NCBI GenBank assembly: GCA_037447605.1 | Contig: CM074807.1 | Span: forward strand, 1,178,001-1,242,000 | DNA: 64,000 nucleotides | From: Zygnema circumcarinatum SAG 698-1b | Taxonomy: Eukaryota > Plantae > Zygnematophyceae | Reading direction: 5' to 3' | Shown here: positions 32,024 to 43,610 of the stretch, piece by piece | Layout of the letters: each line of letters begins with the position of its first letter | How positions within the stretch are numbered: the stretch's first letter is position 1 | Notes under the pieces: model-generated | What the model saw: the letters and a program-made list of their open reading frames with translations, nothing else | Told to the model about the DNA's origin: nothing | Database searches by the model: none | Translations under genes and position numbers: made by a program

Positions 32024-33943
32024 ATGGGGCGGTGGTGGCCGGGAACGGGGGAGTCGGCTGAAAAGAAGGGAAGGGGCGGAATCTTCAAGGGGAAGGGGGA
32101 CGCAAGCAGACAGGGGAAGGAGGAGGAGAGGGAGGCGGCCGAGAAGGAGAAGGAGGTTGAGGATGCAGGGAGGGATGCGGAGGACGGGGAGGAGGGGAAG
32201 GATGCAAGGAGTCCCGGGCTGGCGAAGCTCTCAAGAAGAGTGGTTGCAAAAACCCGGTCTATTGAAGAGCTTCGGCGGTTGATGGGGAGGCAGGTAGTTG
32301 ATGAAGATCACTCTTTGAATATCAGTAGCAGACGCACAACGAGCTTTGTCGCTACCGACATAAGCCCGGATACTCCAGAATTGATTTACAGTTCTGTTCC
32401 TTTGGATGGAAGCCCCCTAGCTTCGAATCCAGTATCACCAGCAACGACGCAAGTGTTTCAAAGGTCGATGACGGCTTCTTCCGATGGATTTTATGCTGCT
32501 GAAGAATTCGATGAGGAAAGCATTTTGAGGTGGCTGAAGGTGGTTACGGAGGCAGATACGTGCAGCGACCGTGTGGAAACTAGCGGTGAAGCGGGTGCTG
32601 TAGAAGACGCGCAGGACTGTTCAGCGAGAGGAAACCTGGTGGAATTGCAGCAGGCAACACGGGACCTATGGAACATGTCGAAGGTCTCACGGGGAGCTCG
32701 GCAGAAAATGGTAGAGTTGGGAGTGTTGACGGCGATGGTACCGTTGCTGAGCTCTAGTGATGCGCAGGTCCAGGAAAACGCAGTTCGTGTTTTGCTGAAC
32801 TTGTCTCTTGAGATGGAAGGAAAAATTCGGATGATAGCAGCTAAGGCGCTGCTCCCGCTGATGAGGACGGCAAAAGAGGGCATCACGGAGAAATCGCGAG
32901 AGATTGCAATTGGCGCATTGAGCTCCTTGTCAGTAGCAGGGCCTGAGAGGATAGAGATGCTGGAGATTGGAGCTGTAGAGCTGCTGCTAGAAGTCTTCGG
33001 CTCAGGCAGCACCCAAGCGAGACGGGATGCTGCTGGTGGGCTCTTCAATCTTGCTCTCAATGCTCGGTCTCGCATTAACATACTTCGCGGAGGCTGTGTG
33101 AAGACGATCATGGACATTTTGGACACTCCTGGGGCGTATGGTGTAGAGCAAGAATCCATGAAGTTGCTTTCTTCTTTATCAAAGTACTCGGAAGCATGCG
33201 GTGAATTGGAGAATCCCAACTTTGTTCAAATTCTGGTGGGAGTGCTGGAATCGGGAGAAACTGATACTGCTAAAATCAACGCGGCAGCGTGTCTGCTGCG
33301 ACTTGCAGAATTGAACGAGAAGTGGATTCCTGTGATCAAAGACAAAGATGCACTGTTTCCGCTGATCGCTCTCTCACAAGGACCTTCGCCAAGAGGCAGG
33401 TTGAAGGTGCGTGGGGTCCTCTGAACTCTCTGCCGTTCTAACTTTCGTCGGACTCAGGTGGTGCACCCAATGTGGCCATGACTGCTGCCTTTTATTATCC
33501 GTGAAGCCGCAGCACGGAAGCAAAAAGGGCATGGAAGCAGGCAGGTGTAGTTCCACGGCAGGTCTTGTTTGGTCCATTAGCTTCTTTTAGGGTTGACTGG
33601 TTCAGTTATGCTTGTCCGTACACCTTCTGAACAATGGTCGTTATGGAGACCAGACGGGTTCTGCAGCATTGATGAAGTCATTATGAGTATTCTTGTTGTC
33701 ATTGCTTTCATTGTGTTTTTTCTGGAAGGTTTGGAATTGCTTGTTTCCGCTTTGGTGCCCTTGTTTTAATCAGGCTCTGGAAAATGCTTATGTTAGTTAG
33801 GAATACTCCAAATGTACACAGAGACTATCTGAGAGCTGCAACAGGAACTGACTTGCTTTTGAACTGCTTTTGTGTTATTCTCGCTTTTCTTCCAGGGCTT
33901 AACCTTGTTGAATCTTCTGCGGGCCTGTCATACAACGATATAA
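32024..33943 (+). CDS. ARM-repeat protein paralogous to the PUBs but lacking a U-box (paralog 2)
   Basis: Exon 32024-33406 ends PRGRLK|GTGCGT. Terminal exon 33896-33943 follows a polypyrimidine-CAG acceptor and reads GLTLLNLLRACHTTI*. The ARM region aligns with paralogs 1 and 3, and the N-terminus has no CP.S/TYER U-box motif. Confidence 0.88.
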
Positions 33944-34029
33944 GGAGGTTCAATGCTTCATCAACATAGCTACGTAGAAGTTTTCACAGTCGATATTTAA
34001 GTTCTCGCGAATGTGCAGGGCAGAAGGGT

Positions 34030-34440
34030 TAAGGGATCGGCCTTATAAATAGGGCACGGTTTTATTGATAACGGTATCCTCTCTCTTTGTATAGTTACAG
34101 ATCAGTTTTTAGCCGGCGTAATGGCCAGTTGCAGTCTGTATATTAATTCTTCCACTCCATGTGGCTTGATGCAAGAAAGCCGCGATTTGTGCAATCTAGC
34201 GAGCTGCAATTTGGATGAGATTGTTTGTCGTGGTGGTATCGTCTAAGCTTTAAGTGTCCATTTGATGGAGTAGGAACATCTCCAAATATGTAGACATGGA
34301 GCAGCGGTCAGAGGTTTAGCGTTTTCCAAAATGGTGAGAATTACCTTCTTGTACTGATATTATGCAAGTGACCTGCGCCAGGTGGCACCCCTCAGGCAGA
34401 TAAAAACTGGGGAACTCCTCCGTAGTTGCATTGTAAGCCC
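34030..34440 (-). pseudogene. Possible histidine acid phosphatase (MINPP/phytase-like) relic
   Basis: SYWAYNATTEEFPSFYLPEGCHLAQVTCIIS resembles the LPEGC..QV...RHG segment of these enzymes. Downstream are frameshifted RY..TTNNLIQI and GYRYQ*..LF pieces. The catalytic RHG itself is not found. Confidence 0.3.
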
Positions 34441-35398
34441 AGTAGGACGTTAACAAGGCTGGGTTGGAAAAATGGATGAAGTTGCGATGAAGCTGTGCAC
34501 ACAACTGGGAGAGAGCGAGAGGTGATCCGAAGGCAAAGGAGGGGCAGAGTTGGAGTAAACCAAATTAATATGTGGCACCTCGCGTGTCACAAACTCAGAT
34601 CCCGGCCTCTGCAGGCGACTGTGTGCTACCTCGTTATCGGTTTGCATGCTTTGGACCGGTGAAGTATGGCCCCTTTTTCGACGAAAAAAGCGGATTTTGT
34701 GCGGAAAGATGTCTGTAGTAAACATGGGGAGGATCGTCCCCTACAAGAGTCTTTTCTTTGCACGTCAAAAGGCTTGACAACTTCATGGCTTCCTTACATG
34801 GTTGTTAAACACAGCAGGCTGTCAATATAGGAGACTACATTCATAAAGTTGCCATGACTTTTTTCAAGTAACTCTATCGCGAATATCTTGGGAAGAGTGT
34901 GCCCCTTATCGTAACCGTGTTTGCGGTTTATGGCCGGCGACATTTGATTCATCGGGGGGGTACAGTTTTTTAGCTTTTGAGTGGACGTACAGTACTTGAA
35001 ATCAGAAACCGTACTGTTTATGCATCTTGTCAAACAGCGAAGAGCAGTACAGATTTCGATTTCCCTTTGTTTTCCTTTTATAAGATGGGACCCTGCGTAT
35101 GGTTGTGAGCAACTTTATGGAGAATGTCCGCTCGACTTAGTCTCTTTAAGTCTGAATTTCACGATGTCAATGGCAGTGTCGCCAAGAGGACGCATTGCGG
35201 CTTTGACGGAGGCGATGGTCCCTCCTGACGGGCCTTTGCCGGGCCTTCCTTCCATGTGTAGACTACGGCCGTACACGGCGAACCCAGGTCATGAAATTCC
35301 GTGGTCTTTTCTAGTTTTGATTTCCTTTGAAGGTAATGACGGGGGGGGGATACCCATCCTTGCATGTCCCGTCCTCCCGTACCAAGCAGCTGCTCTCG

Positions 35399-36210
35399 GC
35401 GAGGGGGCGGGAGGGGGAGAGGGAGGGAGGGGAGAGGAGAGAGGGAGAGAGGGGGAGGGGAGGGAGAGAGGGAGTGAGAGGGAGAGAGGGAGAGGAGAGG
35501 AGAGAGGGAGAGAGGGGAAGAGGGGAGGGAGAGAGGGAGAGAAGGAGAGGGAAGGGAGAGAGGGAGAGGGGAGGGAGAGGGGGAGAGGGGCAGAGGAGAG
35601 GGAGAGACGGAGAGATGTGAGAGGGGCAGAGGGGAGGGAGAGAGGGAAAGAGGACGACGGGAGGGAGAGAGGGGACGGAGAAGAGGGGAGGGAGAGAGGG
35701 AGAGGAGAGAGGGAGAGTGGAGGGAGAGAGGAAGAGGGGGAGAGAGGGAGAGAGGGGGAGAGGGGAGAGAGAGGGAGAGAGTGGAGGGGGAGAGGAGAGG
35801 GAAAGGGAGAGAGGGGAGGGAGGGAGGGAGAGGGAGGGGGGGGAGAGGGGGAGAGGGGGAAAGGGGAGGGAGAGAGGGAGAGGNNNNNNNNNNGGGGGAG
35901 AGGGGGAGAGGGGGAAAGGGGAGGGAGAGAGGGAGAGGGGGAGAGGGGGAAAGGGGAGGGAGAGAGGGAGAGGGGTTGAGGGGAGGGAGAGGGGGAGAGG
36001 GGAGGGAGAGAGGGAAAGGGAGAGAGGGGACGAGGGGAGGGAGAGAGGGAGAGGGGGAGAGGGGGTGAAGGGAGAGAGAGGAGGAGAGGGGAGGAGGAAA
36101 GGAGAGGGGGAGAGGGAGTGAGGGGAGGGAGAGGGGGAGAGGGGAGGAAAAGAGGGAGGGGAGAGGGGAGAGAGAGGGGGAGAAAGGGAGAGGGAGAGAG
36201 GGACATCGGG
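35399..36210. repeat. ~0.8-kb G/A polypurine tract containing an assembly gap
   Basis: GGGAGA/GGGGAGA variants; 10 Ns at 35884-35893. Confidence 0.95.
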
Positions 36211-36399
36211 AGGGAGAGGGGCGAACTTAACTCGGTCGACTGACGACAAAACTCCCTCCAGCTCGATAACATAACGAGTACAGTACTCCGAAAATATCAC
36301 GATCCCCGTACGGCGGAGTACTTCCTCCAGTCAGATGACCCTCCCTGCTGGGTCCGCGACATCCTCCCCTTCGTCCGTGCCTCTAGCGGCGCCAATTCT

Positions 36400-37990
36400 A
36401 TGCGAGTACGCTGTTCACAGTTCAGCGTTATCATAGAACGCCAGGTGGCCTCTCGAGTTCCGGCAGCCACAACGTGGCGGCGCGCTGTGCCTCAGGGCGC
36501 AGGAGCGGACAGGCGCATCTGCCGCCCGCCCGCCAGGTGGCGGCCACTGGAGCGCGCCCCCGCCTCTCTGGCGCCTCCACGTGGCGCGTCCACGCAGCTC
36601 CAGGCTGACGTTACAACCGTACGAACTGTCGAAATCGGATCTTGAGCGGCAGCGGGCGCATCCCGACAGATCCACTCGTTGACTTCGCTTCGCACAAGGA
36701 TGGCGGCAGCGGCCGCGGTCAACGCCCGCACTTTCTTTACGGCCGCCCGAGGCGAGGCTGGACCGTACGAATGTCGGTAGGCCGCGGCCGCAGCGACCGT
36801 ACGAAAGGAATATCGTTCGTACGGTCATTCTGACTTTCTGTCTTTTTCCGGCCGGGTGACATCTGGTGGTATGGTGGTGGCGGGAGGTTCCCGAACTCTG
36901 CTCGCGGCCGCAGCGGTCACGGGAGGGCGCGGGCGGCAGGGACGTACGGAGGGCCGTACGGAGGGCCGGAGGGACGCGAACCGTCCGTCGGACGCAACTG
37001 CATGTTCCGGGGGAGGGCAGCCGTACGGCCGAATCGGCTTTGCGGTCCGCCACGTGTCGTTCGGAAACGGGCCATGTTTCCTGCGCCGTTGCAACCTCCG
37101 CCCGCGCGCCCCGTCAGGCGGCGCCACGTGGTGGCCCTGTTACTTCTTCTGGAAGGCGGACAGTTCGGGGTCGGCGGATTGGTTATGGGGGCGGACACTC
37201 AGAGCCAGAGCCGCGCTAGTCGCCAAACTGGAGATTTTCTGCTGGCGTTGCCCCACTGGCGCAGTGCCAGCTCGTACTGGGGGATTGCTCAGCGGGCGGT
37301 AGGAGGGCGGCAGCTGCCACGCGGCCACCTTTCCTGCACTAACCACGAACGAATCAAGCTGTCGCTTAGCGCAGAAATGAGGCTCCACGACAACGTCAAG
37401 ATTTCGCATAATATCAGCCGCTAGCCGACAATAGGCTTTGCTGTCGAATCCTAGATCTTTTGAAGCTAGCCGCTCCAAATACTTAAAAACGACAAGATTG
37501 TTTGTACGTGTCATCATCCCCCCAGCCGCCCCGGCGGGTGCCCATTGAAAGCCCGCGCCCGCGAATCAATGGCGGGATGCCCTCCCGCACCCGCCGCCGC
37601 TCCACATTGATGGCGCACATGTCGTTTTCGCCGCGCCAACATCTGCCTCCGCGTGACCTTGTCGCGTAGCGCGTGAAGCCGCCCGTCCCCTCGCGCGTAA
37701 ATGAGTGGGCGAGCCGCCCGCCCGCCCACGCACATGCGGCCAGGCCGGGCGTCACTTGCACGTGCGGCCGCCCCGTCCCATTGGGCGGCGCGCTCCCCCG
37801 AACCGCCCGCGCCGCTTGGCGGACCCGCTCCGTTGCGCGGCCCAGCGGCCTGGGCAGCCGTCCGTACGGACCCATCGGCTCCGTACGAAGGCCCTAGCCG
37901 CTGGCCGCCAGGTGGCGCGCTGCCGTGGCCCTCCCTCCCGCCCTCCCTCCCGCGGCGCTACTTCCCGCCTCTCCCTCCCTCCCTCGCTCT
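36400..37990 (+). promoter_or_regulatory. GC-rich upstream region of PUB paralog 3 with many CACGTG/CCGTAC motifs
   Basis: Repeated CCACGTGG, CAGGTGGC and CCGTACG motifs; no recognisable protein in the overlapping GC-driven ORFs. Confidence 0.45.
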
Positions 37991-38128
37991 CCGCTTCAAA
38001 CACGTGTGCTAGTCGCTGATTGCCGCATCCCCTCTCCCCCCATCTCCCTCTCCCTCTCTCTCCCTTTCCCTCTCCCTTTCCCTCTCCCTTTCCCTCTATC
38101 TATCTCTCTCTGACTACCACAGCGAGCA

Positions 38129-40668
38129 ATGCCGCCATCGATGGGGCTGGAATGGCGGGAGAGCAGCAACGTGAGCGCTGTGCAGAGCAAGGACCGGCGA
38201 CCTGCGGAGTCGGGCTGCGCCACGTGGCAGGCGGCCGTGTACACCGCCGAGCGGCTGCAGCGCGCCGTGCAGGAGTGGACGGCCGCCGGCGCGAGCAACG
38301 CGCCGCCGGAGCTGGTCTGCCCGCTCTCCCTGGAGCTGATGGCGGACCCCGTCCTGGTCGCCTCCGGGCACACGTACGAGCGCGCCTTCATCCTGCGCTG
38401 GTTCCGGGAGGGCCCCGCGGCCTGGACCTGCCCCAAGACGAACTCCCCCCTCGCCTCGCGCGAGGTCCGCCCGAACCTCGCCATGCGGGCGGCCGTCCGG
38501 GACTGGTGCCGCGCGTGCGGGAAGCCGCTCCCCGACTGCGGGGCGGCCATGGCGGAGGCGGAGAGGAAGGGGGAGGCGGGGGCGCCGAGCCGAGCCAGTA
38601 GGGTGGGCGCGGCGGAGCTTCTGACGAGGGGGAACTCACTCTCGGAGGGGCGGAGCAGAGGTCGATCGGCGGAGCTTCGGGAGCTCATGAAGCGTTCCCT
38701 GAGCGATAGGAGGGGGATGGGGGGGGAGGGAGAGGCCATGGCGGATGCTGCAAGCGGCGAGGAGGGAGGTGTGAGTCCCAGTAATGTGCCGGTGCTGCCC
38801 TACAGGAGAGCCTCTAGTTTTGCTCTGTCGGAGGTGGCGAAAAAGCAAGTGTTGGATGCGAAGGCAGGCGGGAGAGGCGGAGAGGGAGGAGGAGCGCAGC
38901 AGCAGGTGGTGGACGAAGCGGCCATTCGCCAATTCTTGGAGATCGCCATGGATGCGTCTATGTCTCTGCAGGAGGAGGATGCGTCCGTAGAAGCTCGACG
39001 AGACGAATCCGGTGCTAGCACTTCGGGATCAGAGGGAAGGGAGAGGAGGAGGTATTCTGTGGAGAAGCACAGAGAGGCGGTGGAGGCGCTGTGGAATATG
39101 ACCAAGGTGTCGAAGGCAACTCGAAAAAAGATGACGGAATTCGGCGCGCTCGCAACCGTTCTCCCTCTCTTGGACTCGTCCGACTCGCAGATGCAGGAGC
39201 AGGCCGTGACAGTGCTTCTGAACTTAGCGCTGGAGACGGAAGCGAAGCTGAAGCTGACATCGGACGGCTCCTTGGGCTCCATCTTGAAGATGATGAGCCA
39301 TGGCCTCACGGAGAAGGCGCGGGAGAACGCCACCGCCGCCATTAGCAGCTTGACAGTGCTATCGACGGGGCGGCAAGCGGTGCGTGAAGGAGGGGGAATC
39401 CCTCTATTGGTGGACGCATTGGGGTCGGGACCGAGCTTGAGATCGCAGCGGGATGCAGCCATAGGGCTGTACAACTTAGCCATAGACCCGGCGTGCAGAA
39501 ACGATGTGGTGGAAGCGGGCTGCGTGGTCCGCATAATGGACATGCTGGAGGAGAACGACGGGTGCGAGGTGGAGGGGGAAGCCATGGCGCTGCTTGCGAA
39601 TTTGGCGAAGGCGCCGGCGGCGAGGGAGCAGATGGAGCGGCTGAAGGCGATTCCGTACTTGGTGGGAGTGCTGGAGGTGGGGTCGGACAAGTCGCAGGAA
39701 AACGCGGCGGCGTGCCTTTTGCAGCTCGCGCTGGGGAGCGAAAAGTGCCGCGACTCCGTACGGCGGGAGGGGGGGATCTGCCCGCTGCTGCCGCTGGCGC
39801 AGAACGGGAGTCAGAGGGGGAGGGAGAAGGTGAGCGACTGAATGGGTCGATGGGATGAGATAGGGTTGCGGGAGGGAATGGGGGGAATGGCTGCTGCTGC
39901 GTCTGGTTATGGCTTTTTTTTTTGTGTTTGGCGTGTGGAACTCTGCTTGTTGAGTGAATGCTTTGTGCGAGGCTTTATGTTGTGGGAGTTTGTTCTTTGG
40001 TCTCTGCTTTCCCTTCTCCGCCTCTCTCCTCGCTCTCCCTTCTTCCCTTCCTCTCTCTCCTTCTTCTCCCCTTGTTTCTCCTCTCCTCTTTCCTCCCTTT
40101 CTCTCCCCCGTTCTTCCCCTCTTTCCCCCCTCGCTCCCGCCCCTCTCGTGTCACTCGCGTGACACGACGGTGAACCTGGCCAGCGCGCACGCTGCCGCCA
40201 GGGTTCGATCCCGGGACCTCCCTCGGCCTCCCTCCCCGGCTTCCTGGCAGCTTCTGCGCCCTGCCGCGGCCCAAACCCACTTGCCTTTTTGGCGCTTGCG
40301 TAGCTGGCGGCCGCTGCCGGCCGTTCCAGCTGGCTCCGAGTTTTGTCGTCTCTGTCTTCTTCAGAAGACGACAAAATGCGCCTGTAGGGTCCATAACGCC
40401 AGCTGGGTTCCACGCCCGAGAATTCGCGGAAGGATCTTTGAGATCCGATCTTGGTGACCACCGCGTGTGCCAGTGGGGCCCACCACCGCATATTCTGTTC
40501 GGACCGTACAGCCAGCGAGTCTGTCTGAATCCTTGCGAACTGTTGCAAAGAACCAGTCAAATTGAACCAGCGTACGGCCGTTATGTGACGTGTCGGTTTG
40601 TCCTTTCTGCCTGGTTCCAGTTATTTGGCTTTTTGTATTGTCTCATTTATGGCCTGTATGTGTATGTA

Positions 40669-40707
<39 letters not shown>

Positions 40708-40827
40708 GTGCGTACATGTGCATGTCCATGTGCATGTGATGGCACGCATCTAACCATGGCTGGCATGGATGACCTGCAGGCGGCGCTCCTGCTGAACCTG
40801 CTCCGATCCACGAAGGGCGCCTGCTAA
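38129..40827 (+). CDS. U-box/ARM-repeat E3 ubiquitin ligase (PUB paralog 3)
   Basis: Exon 38129-39829 has a U-box (PPELVCPLSLELMADPVLVASGHTYERAFILRWF..TCPKTN..RPNLAMR) and ARM repeats, ending GREK|GTGAGC. Terminal exon 40780-40827 reads AALLLNLLRSTKGAC*. Confidence 0.92.
40656..40738. repeat. (TATGTG)n microsatellite grading into CATGTG/RY repeats, intronic
   Basis: Direct reading of the sequence. Confidence 0.9.
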
Positions 40828-41709
40828 GAGGGGTCGCCACATGGAGCCGCCGATCCGTAATCCCGTTCTGTGCCCCGTTCTGGCTTCCCGTGTGACGCCC
40901 CGTTCTATGTCGCCATGCGATGTAACTGTACGCTCAACATAACGCATTTAGATGGCGGCGCGGAAGGGAGTCTAGTGAGTTAGGACATTCTTTCTTGTCT
41001 ACTTGGACGACATAATGAAAGACTTCTCTGTAACTATTTCAATTCTCGATTCTCCAAAAACAATAAATGACTCGCAAACTTAGGGTTAAGGTTAAAGTCA
41101 GTCAGGTTAAGGCTAAGCTCGCAGTATTCATTCAGTTCAGGCACAGCTGAAACAAGAAAGGGGGTCGTTTTCCGTTTTGGAAACCTGTATTTTGTATACA
41201 AACCAATTTGATTACCAAATCATTACCAAATCCTTCATGGATATGCTCTCTGCGTTGAATGAATGGCATGGAGGTGCAGTGAATAGGAATGCGAAGCAAA
41301 AGTATGAACAAGTCTGTGTTGAATATTTCTCGGAAGAAAATTGTCATGGGTAACGCTGTGTCCATCATCACGTCGAGCTAAAAAATGTACATCTTGCATT
41401 GGATTTTTTTTGGTAATCAGACTCTGCAATTCATGCTTAACTTCCTATTGTACCTCGTCTCTCTCCGATTTGACAACCTCCTCACTCCTACATTACAATT
41501 TTCACATTATGACGGATCCTCCTTGCTACTGACTCACTGAGGCCAAACGAGGACTTAGACATAATTCTGTCCATTGAGCTGTACAGATCCTCGATGGCGC
41601 TCACACTTCCTTTTGGGGGAATCCTCACTTATAAGGAGGCACAAGTACTCATGTCTGGATGCTGTGAGCGGTGATAGGTGCAGTATGACTACTGGGCTTC
41701 CCTCTGCCG

Positions 41710-43211
41710 CTACCCCTGCAGTGCAAGAGCAGAGAAGCTCTCGTAGATTGCTTGAACAGCATGAAAGACTGCGGTTACTCGCGCCATCACGTCCGCTTTG
41801 GCGGAGCTGTCAAGTCGAGCTCCCCATTTTTGCAAAAACTTATCTGCATCCAAGTGGAACCAAATCATTAAGAGAAAATGAGCTTGATGTCTGGTGAAAC
41901 CCCGCGGGAGAAGTGTAACCTCCATAGGAAAGGGTTTTCCGTAAAAACCCTAAAAACCCTAAAAACTCTAAAAACCACTTCAAGCAGGAGCTTATTGCAG
42001 CATGGATACAAAAGCCATTGTAGACTCAAAACAAATGTGTTTAACCGATTCATTACTTCATTGCCAGACATAAGCTAAAAACAAAAAAAAAAAAACAAGT
42101 CAAAAACGCATGCAGGCAGCTCACCAGGGTGCCACTTAAGAATTTCTCCTCGAATTATCTTTCGGTGCTCCTCGAGTGGCACTCCTTGCAGCAGCACATC
42201 CCGCATGTCGCATTCCTTTCCGGCAGGGACAGGAAAGGGTATGTCCATTAACCCTAACCCTAAATTGCACGAGGCGGCAAAGCCGGTCCATCTTGTCACA
42301 TACCGCGCCCGCTGCTCCACCTGCTTGATCGCCAATACCTTCGACCTCCAAGCTCTGTCCTTAGCCTCTTCCTCTGCAAGAATCCTCTGAGCTTCCTGTT
42401 CTCTCTCCGCAGCATGTCTTTCTCGTTCTCTTTGGTCCTGCAACCGTGCCTGCGCATCCAAACTCGATTTCTGCCAACTTCTTTGAGCACTTTGGCGCAG
42501 TTCTTCTGCCTTTTTCGCTCTCATGGCCGCTGCAACATCGTCATACCATGTGCTTCCCTCCCAAGCATGCTCTTCATCGCCTCCCCATTGATCTTCCCAT
42601 CCAGCACCGTCGTCGCTTACGTTCCCCCGCAAATGCTCACACCACTCTTCAGCAAACACATCCTCCTTCACATGCGGATAATGCTGCGATGGCTGTGCAT
42701 CGCCTGCTCCTTTGCTACCCCTTCGCAGCAGAGGTAAGAGCAAGGGCTGCGCTACATCAGCAGGAACCCGTCCTCTGTAATCCCGCGCTGACAAGTCGGC
42801 TCCCTGGGAAATAAGAAACTTCGCAGCTTCAAAAGCTCCCGCATGCGCTGCATGATGCAGCGGAGTCCATCCCGCGCCATCACAGCAGTTGATGTCCACA
42901 GCAACCTCCCGGCTCTTCGTCCGTTGCTTCAAATCCTCTTCATCATCGTTTTTGCGGTCTCTCTTCCGTGACTTTAACCTCTCCGCTTTCTCTTTCCGGC
43001 AACGTTTCTTTCTTCGTATATCCTCATCAAAGGAAGCCTTTCTTTTCTTACTCCTGCACGATATAGACTCCTCCTTCTCCTCCTCTTCGCTGACATCATG
43101 GCGGTCGCGGGACCTTACCTTGTCCTTTGAACGATGTTTGCTAAAAATCTTCTTTAGGGATCGAACCGAGCCCTTGGCAGCCGCTTTCAGAAGCCTCCTT
43201 TCGGAACTCAT
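41710..43211 (-). CDS. NF-kappa-B inhibitor-like (NFKBIL1-type) ankyrin-repeat protein
   Basis: Exon 43211-42125 has a basic Lys/Arg region, ankyrin GWTPLHHAAHAG..LISQGAD, a coiled coil and DIPFP..ILKWHP. It is spliced (phase 1) to exon 41843-41710, DKFLQKWGARL..*. The WHPDKF+QKF/WG C-terminus is typical of this family. Confidence 0.85.
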
Positions 43212-43610
43212 CAGGTTAAGCTCCTCGCCCTAATTCCTCCATCCCAATCTTCTAAGCTCTGAGCATCAGAAAGTGAAAGACCTCCCTTGTAACCCTAACC
43301 CTAAATCGCTCAAAAAGTATGGACAGTACGGAGAAAAGTACGAATGGTACGGACAGTACGAGCCTCCTCCCCCCGGGCACGCCTGTTGCCCAAACCCAAG
43401 CTTCATAACTTTCTCAGTCCCAACGTTAAGCAGAGCCAAAGGACGAAAGAAGAGGGCAGGATTAGAAAGAGAGATTTCTTCTAAGTTTTCAAGTGGGGGC
43501 AGGGCGGACGCGTTAGGCGTATTCTGTGCGCCTTTGATTTTTACACAGAATAATATAGCGCACAGTTCTACAATTCAGGGGAAGGAGAGCATCTGTATCC
43601 ATCAGAGGAA

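Noticed and set aside
34880-34930. GYDKGHTLP, resembling the DRGH motif of His-Me endonucleases (minus strand)
   Set aside because: The motif is isolated, with no downstream Asn-containing helix and a short ORF.
34981-36300. 330-aa ORFs on both strands
   Set aside because: Same polypurine artefact, and they span an N gap.
36400-37990. Many overlapping Arg/Ala/Pro-rich ORFs
   Set aside because: Expected in very GC-rich promoter DNA; none shows family motifs.
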